Source: Eubacteriales bacterium
GTDB taxonomy: Bacteria; Bacillota; Clostridia; Oscillospirales; CAG-272
DNA length: 64,000 bases
NCBI GenBank assembly: GCA_045613985.1
Contig: JAZLCA010000072.1
Coordinates: 747-64,746 of the forward strand
Reading direction: 5' to 3'
Below the pieces are notes generated by a model. That model was not told the DNA's origin and did not search any database. It saw only the letters and a program-made list of their open reading frames with translations. This document shows, piece by piece, positions 29,701 through 38,213 of this stretch (positions within the stretch are counted from its first letter, which is position 1; every line of letters begins with the position of its first letter). Both the position numbers and the translations under genes were made by a program.

Positions 29701-31128
29701 TTATTTTCCGTTTTTCCGTTCATGCGGATACTGCGACGGACGAATATTTCGCGGATCTATTTTAGACCGTTTTACTTTTACTGTCACTTTGACGGTGGGA
29801 CACTTGCCCTTGATCTTCACGGCTGCCGCTTTGACCGAACGACGAATGGTGCGGTGACAGCGAGCCATCACTGCCTTTGCCTCCGTCTTCGCCAAAGTTG
29901 GCGTACCTGCCGTTGGCTTTTTCTCCGCCTTGGTCTCAATCAAAGGACGGGAAGGTTTTTGTGCGGGAGGTTCCGTCGGCTTTTCCTCCTGCTTAGCAGC
30001 ATTGGCCTCGGGCGTTTTTTTCAATTTGGCAGGTAGCACGCTGTCAATCCAAACACGGCCTGCCTCTCCCGTCAGCTGGCGCAAACCCGCCAAGAGTGTT
30101 TTGCGGGATTCGGAAAGTTCGCTGTCCGTCATCAAACGCCACAGCCAGTTACGGTCGCGGGTCAGATCGGTCAACGTTTTTGCATTGGTTGCAGTCAGCA
30201 CCGAATACAACGAATCTACCAGCTTTTCCTGCTGTGTCTCGTCCATCTCGGCCACCCACTGCTTGATGGCTCGTTCGGTACGCTCGCTGTCTGCCGTCAA
30301 TTTTGGGGCGCTGACAAAAGTCGTTCCCACGACTTCCCAAGAAAATCCGTCGTGTTGCCACAATCCGGAGGCACTGCTCTGCACCACACGAAAATCATCG
30401 TTATGCTCCAGCAGGCGGCCTACCACGGAAGACTGCGGAATGATGCTGACGATGCGATCCTGCATCCCTTGGTAAGCCTCAGATTCGATCACCCCGCGGC
30501 GATATCCCGGACCGTCATTGCTATATACCCGGGCAATGCGCGGCTTGTACTGCTCTTCGCAATGGATCGAAGCATAGACGGACAAATTTCCCCCTTTGCT
30601 GTGGCCTCCCACCGTAATGGTTTCGTGCGGCATATGGGCAGCCACGCGATTCAAATATTCCACTGCATCCAGCTGAGCCGGGATGGCGTGCATAAAGCTC
30701 ATGTTGAAATTTTCCTTCCAGCCGACAAGCGTATCGTCCGTGCCGCGATAAGCGACGTATAACTCTTTGCCATCAATATCAAAGGTCAAAGCAGCAAACT
30801 GCTTTTGCATTTCCTCCTCGGTGCGATCGACGTAGCCACGCAAAACAACGTTGCCAAACCGGCTAGTCTCTGCCATTTTCTTCATGAGGACGGGAATGTC
30901 TGCAGGGACGATCAACCCCATGGATGTTTGTTCATCTTCGTGCATCCGACAGTACAGCTGACAAGCCAACGAAAGCGGAACACCCTGCTCTTCAATATCC
31001 GCAGGAACAATGTCTGTAAAATTGATAAAGCACAACTCGGAAAAGATCAAATTGTCGACTTCGTTAAGAGGAGAGACGGAAAACGGAACATCTCCCCGCC
31101 AATCCAAATAGTCCAGAATATTGGCCAT
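29701..31128 (-). CDS. DUF2974 (Mbeg1-like) alpha/beta-hydrolase with a long basic C-terminal tail
   Basis: N-terminus MANILDYLDWRGDVPFSVSPLNEVDNLIFSEL is typical of DUF2974. Nucleophile elbow GGHSKGGNL. The last ~110 aa are Lys/Pro/Ala-rich and very basic. Confidence 0.75.
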   Translation of the reverse strand: MANILDYLDWRGDVPFSVSPLNEVDNLIFSELCFINFTDIVPADIEEQGVPLSLACQLYCRMHEDEQTSMGLIVPADIPVLMKKMAETSRFGNVVLRGYVDRTEEEMQKQFAALTFDIDGKELYVAYRGTDDTLVGWKENFNMSFMHAIPAQLDAVEYLNRVAAHMPHETITVGGHSKGGNLSVYASIHCEEQYKPRIARVYSNDGPGYRRGVIESEAYQGMQDRIVSIIPQSSVVGRLLEHNDDFRVVQSSASGLWQHDGFSWEVVGTTFVSAPKLTADSERTERAIKQWVAEMDETQQEKLVDSLYSVLTATNAKTLTDLTRDRNWLWRLMTDSELSESRKTLLAGLRQLTGEAGRVWIDSVLPAKLKKTPEANAAKQEEKPTEPPAQKPSRPLIETKAEKKPTAGTPTLAKTEAKAVMARCHRTIRRSVKAAAVKIKGKCPTVKVTVKVKRSKIDPRNIRPSQYPHERKNGK

Positions 31129-31140
31129 AATTTATACCTT

Positions 31141-33228
31141 TCACTGCAAATAAACGGTGGTTTTCGCAAAAGAAGCGTAGCGCACCTCGCCCTCCCGGCG
31201 CAGATAACTTCCGGCAACCATAAAAATGCTCTGCCGCTCCGCCTTTTGCTCTGTCATGAGCAGATAAGCATCGCTATCCCATCCGCCGAGCGTGTTGTTG
31301 GAGTTGATATGCATCCGACGACCGTCCGCACGCAAATTGTACCACACTTCGCGAACGGTTTCACCATCATTTAAGCGTACGCCAATGCACTCCCGTCCCG
31401 CTAAAGGCTCCACGACAAGTCCATCCGCCGCTTCGTTCACTGCGATCACGTGCAGCATGGCCTGCGCTCTTTGCGCCTGAGCGGTAGACAAGGATAAATA
31501 TTCCTGCTCTCTTTGCCCCTGCCCTGTGACCGTTCCGTAGTTGCCCGTCAGATAGCCGGTGCAGGAGCTTGCCTGCACGTCGCTTGGATAAACCGTATAC
31601 AAATGCGCACGGCTCACATCGTTGGCAATCAAGTGGGAGCCATCCTCAAGCGTTGTTCTCTGCCCATTGTAATGCAACAAAAATTGCATCGTACGGTCCT
31701 CGTGAGACAGCACGTCATCCACGATGACGAGAATTCTATCATCCAACCACAAAAAATTACGGTACATTCGGCTGCACAGGTGAGCTAACGGCCCCGTTGC
31801 ATCGGCTTGCACGTAAAACAAACCTTGCCTTTCAAACGAATCGGTGATTCCGCCCGAGAATTTATTGCCGCGGATCTGCTCCTCGTAGCGTTGTCCCATG
31901 CCGTCCAACAAAAGCACGTTGTGCGAAATATCATTGCAAAAATAACTACGGTACAGGCGGTCGCCGTAGGGACAGCTGCCGCTGTCGATCAAAAGCGGTG
32001 CGCCTCGGTCGTACAGAACAAAGCTACCCGCATCCGCATGGGCGTGATTCCATGTGTATCCGCTTTTCACCGCCAGCAAGGTGGCATTGCTTTGCCAGGA
32101 GGAGCGTGTAATCGCGTACCCCGTCTTGGGATAGACCACTGTTTTGGCAAGCTGATTCCATGCCTCAGAATTGGGAGATCGCGTCGCCTCCTGTAAGGAC
32201 AATAAATCCTCCTCCGAGGAAACGGTCGCCGCATATGCCGCCAACACCGGAGAATCGTATCCCGTGAGCCTGAGCCAGCGCACCATCGGCATAATATTTG
32301 CCGTGTATGCGCTGTCACCGTAATTCAAAAATCCGATCTCACTCTTGCCTTGTTTCTCATAAGGGTAAGCAAAACTCAAAATGGCTTCCCCCAGATGCGC
32401 GGGCAAAGCAGCGCGAAGACGTTCACGGCGGCCAAGATAACGCTCGGCGTGCCACAAATAACGAAGCAATTCCCCTGTACCGTAGCAGAAATATCCGACG
32501 CTTTCATAGAAAAGACTATATTCATCGTAATTGGGAACCTTGTTGAACAAGGTACAGCCGGGATAGTTCAAAAATCCAATCAGCGCCTCTTCGATTTGGC
32601 AGATCAAATAAGCGAATTTGTCCTGTTCCAGATAATCGGACACCGGCAACATAGCCGCACCGGCCAAACCAATACACACCGACCACCAGTTGTGTCCCAT
32701 CGAATCCAATGCATGAATACGGGTTTCGGGCAGTATCCAGTCCTCCAACAAGGGCATCACGCCTTTATCCAGAATAGCGCGGGCGATTGTATCGCGTTCG
32801 GTCGGAGTGAGCATATCATAGATCAAGTCATAGCCCGTAGCCAGCTCCATGGCGATGCGGGTCGTGCTCAAATCGGAGCGCCACGGCACGTCTCGATCCT
32901 TGTTTTGAGGTCCGGTCCATACCTCAAACGCCGCCACGTGGAGCATGGCATCCCGCAATCTTTCCCCCGCTTCCTTGTCGTCCTCCAAAACGTACAATGC
33001 ACCAAGAAGTGTGACCAGGCGGTGCAACTGCGCGCCAATATCGTAATAGTTTCCATGCTGAGAATATACGCTGTTGGCGTATTCCTCGGTCAGAAATTCC
33101 TCGGCAAGGCAGGCCGGTCTGCGTCCTTTCAGCGTGGCATAACGTGCCGAACGCTCCTTATCATGTACCAAACAATCGCGAAGATGCGCGATTTGTTGTT
33201 TGCTGATCAAAAAATTCGGATGATTCAT
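31141..33228 (-). CDS. Heparinase II/III-like protein (alpha/alpha toroid + beta-sandwich), no signal peptide
   Basis: 695 aa. C-terminal-domain signature [35 protein letters not shown]. The stop lies 12 nt before the DUF2974 start, so they form one operon. Confidence 0.75.
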   Translation of the reverse strand: MNHPNFLISKQQIAHLRDCLVHDKERSARYATLKGRRPACLAEEFLTEEYANSVYSQHGNYYDIGAQLHRLVTLLGALYVLEDDKEAGERLRDAMLHVAAFEVWTGPQNKDRDVPWRSDLSTTRIAMELATGYDLIYDMLTPTERDTIARAILDKGVMPLLEDWILPETRIHALDSMGHNWWSVCIGLAGAAMLPVSDYLEQDKFAYLICQIEEALIGFLNYPGCTLFNKVPNYDEYSLFYESVGYFCYGTGELLRYLWHAERYLGRRERLRAALPAHLGEAILSFAYPYEKQGKSEIGFLNYGDSAYTANIMPMVRWLRLTGYDSPVLAAYAATVSSEEDLLSLQEATRSPNSEAWNQLAKTVVYPKTGYAITRSSWQSNATLLAVKSGYTWNHAHADAGSFVLYDRGAPLLIDSGSCPYGDRLYRSYFCNDISHNVLLLDGMGQRYEEQIRGNKFSGGITDSFERQGLFYVQADATGPLAHLCSRMYRNFLWLDDRILVIVDDVLSHEDRTMQFLLHYNGQRTTLEDGSHLIANDVSRAHLYTVYPSDVQASSCTGYLTGNYGTVTGQGQREQEYLSLSTAQAQRAQAMLHVIAVNEAADGLVVEPLAGRECIGVRLNDGETVREVWYNLRADGRRMHINSNNTLGGWDSDAYLLMTEQKAERQSIFMVAGSYLRREGEVRYASFAKTTVYLQ

Positions 33229-33408
33229 ATTGTCCTCCTTATTATCAAATCGGCAGTATGTGATATTAGTATATCACGGCAGGACTCATTTTTCAAGTTT
33301 TGTCATGAATTTTATCAAATCTTAATTTTAACACGCCAGAATATTGATTTGACCAATTTATCGTCACATTTCACAAATATTTTGGCAAAAAAAATTTATA
33401 ATTTTGAG

Positions 33409-33437
33409 TTGAAAAATGGAAGAAATAGTGATATAAT
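33409..33437 (+). promoter_or_regulatory. Consensus sigma-A promoter for purC
   Basis: TTGAAA (33409-33414), 17 nt, TATAAT (33432-33437). Confidence 0.6.
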
Positions 33438-33513
33438 ATACCTTGTTAGGATATCGGCGCCTGTCGGTGCATCCGACACGATAAAAAAATCGGGATATCA
33501 AAGGAGAATTGAT

Positions 33514-34212
33514 ATGGAAAAGATTTACCAGGGAAAAACCAAACACGTTTACAGCCTTGAAAACGGCAACGTGTTGCTCAAGTTCAAGGACGATTGCACC
33601 GGCAAGGACGGCGTGTTCGATCCCGGTGAAAACAGTGTCGGTCTGACCATCGAAGGCATCGGCAAAGCAAATCTGCAGACCTCCGTGTACTACTTCGAGC
33701 TGTGCAAGAAGGCCGGCATCAAGACCCACTACGTCAGCGCAGACATTGAAAATGCAACCATGGAAGTACTGGATGCCGAGTGTCTGGGTAAGGCACAGGG
33801 CGGCGGTGGTTTGGAAGTCATCTGCCGTTTGGTTGCCACGGGTAGCTTTATCCGCAGATACGGTGAGTACATCAAGGACGGTACCGTCATCGAGGGCGGC
33901 TATGTCGAGTGCACCTTTAAGAACGACGCCAAGGGCGACCCGCTGGTTACCGGCGAAGGCTTGGCCGTGCTGGGCGTTATGACTCCCGCCATGTTTGAGG
34001 ACATGAAGGCTCAGACGCTCAAGATCACCAAGATCGTTGCTGACGACCTCAAGACCATCGGTCTTGATCTGTGGGATATCAAGTTTGAGTTCGGCTACCA
34101 CAACGGCGAGGTCGTTCTCATCGACGAGATCGCATCGGGCAATATGCGCGTCTACAAGGACGGCACCATCGTTCCCCCCGTTGAACTGACCAAGCTCATT
34201 CTCAACAGATAA
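33514..34212 (+). CDS. purC: Phosphoribosylaminoimidazole-succinocarboxamide (SAICAR) synthase
   Basis: [18 protein letters not shown]...[12 protein letters not shown]; ATG 33514 follows AAGGAG. The 5' 1.1 kb of the ORF-track frame is antisense to the heparinase-like gene and is rejected. Confidence 0.9.
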   Translation: MEKIYQGKTKHVYSLENGNVLLKFKDDCTGKDGVFDPGENSVGLTIEGIGKANLQTSVYYFELCKKAGIKTHYVSADIENATMEVLDAECLGKAQGGGGLEVICRLVATGSFIRRYGEYIKDGTVIEGGYVECTFKNDAKGDPLVTGEGLAVLGVMTPAMFEDMKAQTLKITKIVADDLKTIGLDLWDIKFEFGYHNGEVVLIDEIASGNMRVYKDGTIVPPVELTKLILNR

Positions 34213-34219
34213 AAATATC

Positions 34220-34250
34220 GTGGCCGCACCATGCGTGCGGCCACTTTTTT
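34220..34250 (+). terminator. Rho-independent terminator after purC
   Basis: GTGGCCGCAC (34220-34229) / GTGCGGCCAC (34235-34244), then T6. Confidence 0.8.
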
Positions 34251-34318
34251 ACGGATTTTCTTAATTTTCGCCTGCTTTTGTGATATCATAAGAGCAGTCC
34301 CCCAAAAAGGAGCTTCAC

Positions 34319-34714
34319 ATGAAGATAAAATCTTTTCTGCATGCCTTGCTTTGCTCGGCGTTACTTCCCTGCCTGTTGCTTTGCGGCTGCAGACAGTCCC
34401 CCATCTCTTACGTCTGCATTACGGCGCAGCAGGCCAAAGAGCTGATGGACAGCCAACCCGATTGCATCATTCTCGACGTTCGAACCCAGCAGGAATACGA
34501 TCTGGGACATATCCCCGGGGCCCTTCTTATTCCCAACGAGGTAATTTCAGAAGAAGCGGAAAAAATACTGAAAGAAAAAGACCAACTCATACTGGTCTAT
34601 TGCCGCAGCGGCCGACGCAGTAAAGAAGCCGCCCAAAAGCTGTGCGATCTGGGCTACACCAACGTCAAGGAGTTCGGCGGCATCATCGATTGGCCCTATC
34701 AAATGACACGCTAA
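34319..34714 (+). CDS. Rhodanese-domain lipoprotein (sulfurtransferase-like)
   Basis: Lipobox LCGC. ILDVRTQQEYDLGHIPGALLIP and active-site loop VYCRSGRRSKEAA. Confidence 0.85.
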   Translation: MKIKSFLHALLCSALLPCLLLCGCRQSPISYVCITAQQAKELMDSQPDCIILDVRTQQEYDLGHIPGALLIPNEVISEEAEKILKEKDQLILVYCRSGRRSKEAAQKLCDLGYTNVKEFGGIIDWPYQMTR

Positions 34715-34776
34715 CCGCTCCTCGGGAGCCTGGACGAGTAAAACAAAAAAATTCCAAAGAAAAACGAAAAAACATC

Positions 34777-34805
34777 TTGCAATTTTCCCGCACCTGTGAT
34801 ATAAT
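34777..34805 (+). promoter_or_regulatory. Consensus sigma-A promoter for tRNA-Ser
   Basis: TTGCAA (34777-34782), 17 nt, TATAAT (34800-34805); the tRNA starts about 28 nt downstream. Confidence 0.65.
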
Positions 34806-34832
34806 ACCCAAGGTGCGAAGATTGCACTGCTT

Positions 34833-34921
34833 GGAGAGATATCGAAGTGGTCATAACGGGGCTGACTCGAAATCAGTTTGCGAGCAATCGCACGGGGGTT
34901 CGAATCCCCCTCTCTCCGCCA
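34833..34921 (+). tRNA. tRNA-Ser (anticodon CGA)
   Basis: 89 nt. Acceptor stem GGAGAGA/TCTCTCC, anticodon loop CU-CGA-AA on a 5-bp stem, long class-II variable arm. T-arm GGGGG-TTCGAAT-CCCCC, discriminator G, encoded CCA. Confidence 0.9.
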
Positions 34922-34922
34922 T

Positions 34923-34950
34923 AGCCTTGAGTTTATTCTCAAGGCTTTTT
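34923..34950 (+). terminator. Rho-independent terminator after tRNA-Ser
   Basis: AGCCTTGAG (34923-34931) / CTCAAGGCT (34938-34946), then TTTTTCTTTT. Confidence 0.75.
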
Positions 34951-35073
34951 CTTTTACCCTTCTCCTCGCTTGACAAGCTCAGACGCTTATGGTAGAATAA
35001 AATCGGAGGTTACTCAAACCGGACACTTTTCCGTTAAATCTCAACTTTATTTTATACTACGGGAGGAATGAAC

Positions 35074-36417
35074 ATGAAAAAACTCGTCAGCTTCACCGCG
35101 CTTACCTTTTTGTTTCTATTTCTTTTGACCTCTTGCAGCAGTACAAAATATAACAAGGCTCTTAGAATGATCGACCGCGGAAAATATGAGGCGGCGTATG
35201 AGCTGTTGGAGGAGCTGGGCGATGATAAAGACGCCGCGCAGTTGAGAGAACGATTCCGTTGGGTGCCTACAAGCACCAAATCGTCAAGCAACTCTCGGCA
35301 AATAATCTATAACGATGACAACCTTCCCATTCAAGTGATCGACATCGACCCCTACGGAAAAGTAACTCGTGAGTACACCTATGATACCAACGGCAACGTA
35401 ACAAAAGAGGCCTATACCTACCATAACGACCCGACAACTGTCAGCGAATATACGTACGATGCCAATGGCAACTTGATCAAAGAGGTCTTTCCCACCCGAT
35501 TCGGCTACGTGGCAACCTACGAATACGCCTATGACACGAACGGAAACAAGATCAAGAAAATCTATACCAACACCGAAACGAAGGAACAAACCATCCACGA
35601 ATATACCTATGACGCCAAAGGCAATATGATCCGAGACGTCCAAACCTCCCAAAAGAGGAGAACCGTTGTTGAATATACCTTTGATGCGAGGGGCAACCTC
35701 ATCAAAGAAATCAGCACCAACGAAGACGGAAGCTCATATGGCAATGAATATACCTATGACGTTAACGGGCATTTGGTCAAACACATCACGACTCACTCCG
35801 ACGGAAGACAAGATACGCACGATTTCGCCTATGACGCCGACGGTAACCTGATTCAAGAAGTTTGCGCATACCGCGACGGCAGAACCTATACGTATACTGC
35901 CGACATTACCTACGACACCAACGGTAACAAGATCACAAAAATGACTCACAACTCAAACGGAGAAACATCTGTTGTTGAGCATACTCATGACAAAAACGGA
36001 AAGCTGATCAAACAATTCGAGACGCGCGTCAATGGCGAACAATACGTCTTTGAATTTACTTACGATGTCCACGGCAACATCATCCGACAGGTCTATGGAA
36101 ATGTAGAGGGCAGTGGCAAAAATGTTCTTGAATATGTTTACAATATCAACGGAAATGTGATCGAGGAAGTCCGCATCACCTCCGACGGCAAAAAAAGAAC
36201 GTCAAACTGGGTATATGATTCCAACGGTAATCTTATAAAGCAAACCCAAACCAATGAAAAAGGCGAAACGAGCGAGACGGTATACGAATACAAATTGGTC
36301 TACATTCCCTACGACATAAACGAACAGTCCGATGTGACCAAGTCCGTGCTTTCTCAGCACCTTGACATTTATATTAAAAGTCCGAATGACCAACTGATCA
36401 ACGGCTACAAAAACTAA
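35074..36417 (+). CDS. YD/RHS-repeat lipoprotein (no toxin or RHS-core domain)
   Basis: Lipobox LTSC. About 12 repeats of (E)Y(T/A)YD.NGN(L/V/I)(I/T)K. ATG 35074 lies 7 nt after GGGAGG. Confidence 0.8.
   Translation: MKKLVSFTALTFLFLFLLTSCSSTKYNKALRMIDRGKYEAAYELLEELGDDKDAAQLRERFRWVPTSTKSSSNSRQIIYNDDNLPIQVIDIDPYGKVTREYTYDTNGNVTKEAYTYHNDPTTVSEYTYDANGNLIKEVFPTRFGYVATYEYAYDTNGNKIKKIYTNTETKEQTIHEYTYDAKGNMIRDVQTSQKRRTVVEYTFDARGNLIKEISTNEDGSSYGNEYTYDVNGHLVKHITTHSDGRQDTHDFAYDADGNLIQEVCAYRDGRTYTYTADITYDTNGNKITKMTHNSNGETSVVEHTHDKNGKLIKQFETRVNGEQYVFEFTYDVHGNIIRQVYGNVEGSGKNVLEYVYNINGNVIEEVRITSDGKKRTSNWVYDSNGNLIKQTQTNEKGETSETVYEYKLVYIPYDINEQSDVTKSVLSQHLDIYIKSPNDQLINGYKN
35302..36297 (+). repeat. Twelve tandem YD repeats (period ~24-26 aa)
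   Basis: YTYDTNGN, YTYDANGN, YAYDTNGN, YTYDAKGN, YTFDARGN, YTYDVNGH, YAYDADGN, TYDTNGN, HTHDKNGK, TYDVHGN, YVYNINGN, WVYDSNGN. Confidence 0.8.
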
Positions 36418-36464
36418 AAAATCATAACCACCCGTGAAAACCAAGCGGGTGGTTATGATTTTTA
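36416..36464. terminator. Bidirectional terminator between the YD-repeat gene and the AcnX operon
   Basis: 14-bp stem ATCATAACCACCCG (36421-36434) / CGGGTGGTTATGAT (36446-36459), flanked by A5 and T5 runs. Confidence 0.8.
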
Positions 36465-36482
36465 ATAGATAAGTTTGATCGG

Positions 36483-36926
36483 TTACTCAACCTCAACGAC
36501 GCCGTCCGCCTTAACGGTAATCTTCATTCCGTCCTTGACGTAAGCGAGGAATTCATCTCCCAGCGAGTCGATGACGGGCATGGTAACACCGTCAACCCAA
36601 ACCTCCGCAAGAACTGCACCTGCCGCAGCAAGCGAGTCGATGTGGTTGGCAAACAGCATGCACGCCGGATTTTTCTCCATCGAGCAAGCGCAGTAAAGCA
36701 CCAGGCCGCCGGTAGTAGAGCCAATGGTCTGCGGCAGGCAAAGCGCCTTTCCGAGAAGAGATTTACCGTAAAGTTGTTGGTTGCTCTGGTCGCCGCATTT
36801 TACTTCCTTATCGCCAAACTGCAATGCCATCTGAAGAGATGCCAGCGTATTAAAGCCCTCGGTGGTAACGACAGCCTCTGCCGTTACTTCACCGGGTGTT
36901 ATAACTCTTCCTTTGAACTGTTTCAT
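36483..36926 (-). CDS. Aconitase X swivel-domain small subunit (DUF126)
   Basis: 147 aa. GKALCLPQTIGSTTGGLVL...PACMLFANHIDSLAAAGAVLA matches the DUF126 'GK.L..P...GST.G' pattern. 4-nt overlap with the upstream DUF521 gene. Confidence 0.75.
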   Translation of the reverse strand: MKQFKGRVITPGEVTAEAVVTTEGFNTLASLQMALQFGDKEVKCGDQSNQQLYGKSLLGKALCLPQTIGSTTGGLVLYCACSMEKNPACMLFANHIDSLAAAGAVLAEVWVDGVTMPVIDSLGDEFLAYVKDGMKITVKADGVVEVE

Positions 36927-38200
36927 GCCTTTTTACCTCCAGTAATCGTCGTAAGGATCTCCGCATCGGTGTAATATCTTGCGCTCGTATAGGTACGGAG
37001 CTTATTCGAGGACGTAATGACAGGCATCTTCTTGCACAGCGGATTATTCATATACATCAGAGGACAGATATACGAGGTAATAACACCCGTTGCCTTGAGT
37101 CTTGCGGCATACTCGGTCTTTTCGAATGCTTCAAGCACCGCAGGCGCGGCGGTAAATACGGTCGGAAGAGTAATCTTCTTTTTGCCGTTGTTTTTCAGTT
37201 CGGCTTCAATCTTTTCCGTCCAGGATTTCAGCTGCTCGAGCGAGAGGTGAGGACATCCGACAAAGCAAAGCTTAGGCTTTGCATCAGGATTCTTCCAGAT
37301 CACAGGATAATTGTTCTTGACTCTTTCAAGCTCGGCGTCATCGATGATGTATTCCTGTGCCCCTTCGGCGATCAGGCTCTCACCAAGTTCGACTGCCTCG
37401 GGAGTGAGGTTTGCAATATGGTAAAGACCGACCGCACCATTGGATGCGGTTGCCGCTCCGAAATCCTTCAAATATGCGCAGGCTGCGTCATTCAGCTCGT
37501 TCCCGATCCACTTGTCAAGACCAACAACGTAAGGAACGTCCTCCATGACCTTCATGCCAATGGCAGAGCCGAGAAGCTGTGCCTCAGGCTTCTTTGTCGT
37601 CTGAACTTTTACCACCCAAGTTGCTTTTCTTCCCTCGTCGGTAAGAAGACCGAAGTAAGGAACGTAGCCGACGATCGAACCCATGATATCGATAATTCCC
37701 GAGTTTCGATTACATCTTGCGCCCAGTACCGAATTCGCGTAAACAACCGCACTCGACTCTGCCCAAGAAAGCACGTCACCCTTCTTCGGCTTGTTGCCTA
37801 CCTCGTCCATATAGCAAGTACAAGAGAAGGCGTTTTTATCCATCAAACCAAGCTTCTCAAGCTGCTGCTCATAAAAGTCCTGCTTGGTGTACATGAACTT
37901 GTTAAAGACGAGATTCTGAAGGAAATTGGCGGGAACGTTTTTGTCGATCGGGCGGGGATCGACCGAGAATTTCTGCTCCGAGCAAACGCCTGCATCAAGA
38001 AGCTGTTGCATCAGATCGTAAACGGGAGACATGACCTTGAGTCCAAAGGACGTAACAAGGTGATTATACTTTGATGTAATAGGCACAAGCTTTTCTGCTT
38101 CAAATGCGTCGCCGTACATCACAAGCGTTTTCATTACCTTGGCAAGCGTCTCACCCTTCTCGCCGTCAAGAATCGCCTGTTGTTCTTTTGTTAATACCAT
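36923..38200 (-). CDS. Aconitase X catalytic large subunit (DUF521)
   Basis: 425 aa. N-terminus LTKEQQAILDGEKGETLAKVMKTLVMYGDAFEAEKLVPITS and SWAESSAVVYANSVLGARCNRNSG are typical of DUF521/AcnX. Confidence 0.8.
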   Translation of the reverse strand: MVLTKEQQAILDGEKGETLAKVMKTLVMYGDAFEAEKLVPITSKYNHLVTSFGLKVMSPVYDLMQQLLDAGVCSEQKFSVDPRPIDKNVPANFLQNLVFNKFMYTKQDFYEQQLEKLGLMDKNAFSCTCYMDEVGNKPKKGDVLSWAESSAVVYANSVLGARCNRNSGIIDIMGSIVGYVPYFGLLTDEGRKATWVVKVQTTKKPEAQLLGSAIGMKVMEDVPYVVGLDKWIGNELNDAACAYLKDFGAATASNGAVGLYHIANLTPEAVELGESLIAEGAQEYIIDDAELERVKNNYPVIWKNPDAKPKLCFVGCPHLSLEQLKSWTEKIEAELKNNGKKKITLPTVFTAAPAVLEAFEKTEYAARLKATGVITSYICPLMYMNNPLCKKMPVITSSNKLRTYTSARYYTDAEILTTITGGKKA

Positions 38201-38213
38201 TTTATTTTCTCCT

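Noticed and set aside
32350-33513. Long N-terminal extension of the purC frame (the track gives 620 aa)
   Set aside because: The extension is antisense to the heparinase-like gene and crosses an AT-rich intergenic promoter. SAICAR synthase homology begins at MEKIYQGK (ATG 33514), which has an AAGGAG RBS.
33438-33513. Possible purine, ZTP or other riboswitch in the purC leader
   Set aside because: The ~70-nt leader is too short. It lacks the conserved purine-riboswitch junction sequences (no P1/P2/P3 arrangement, no UAUAAUCGCG..CCGACUAUG core). Only trivial GATATC self-complementarity and a 5-bp stem are present.
35074-36417. YD-repeat protein as an RHS polymorphic toxin
   Set aside because: It is too short (447 aa). 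It has no RHS core motif, no C-terminal toxin domain and no downstream immunity ORF.
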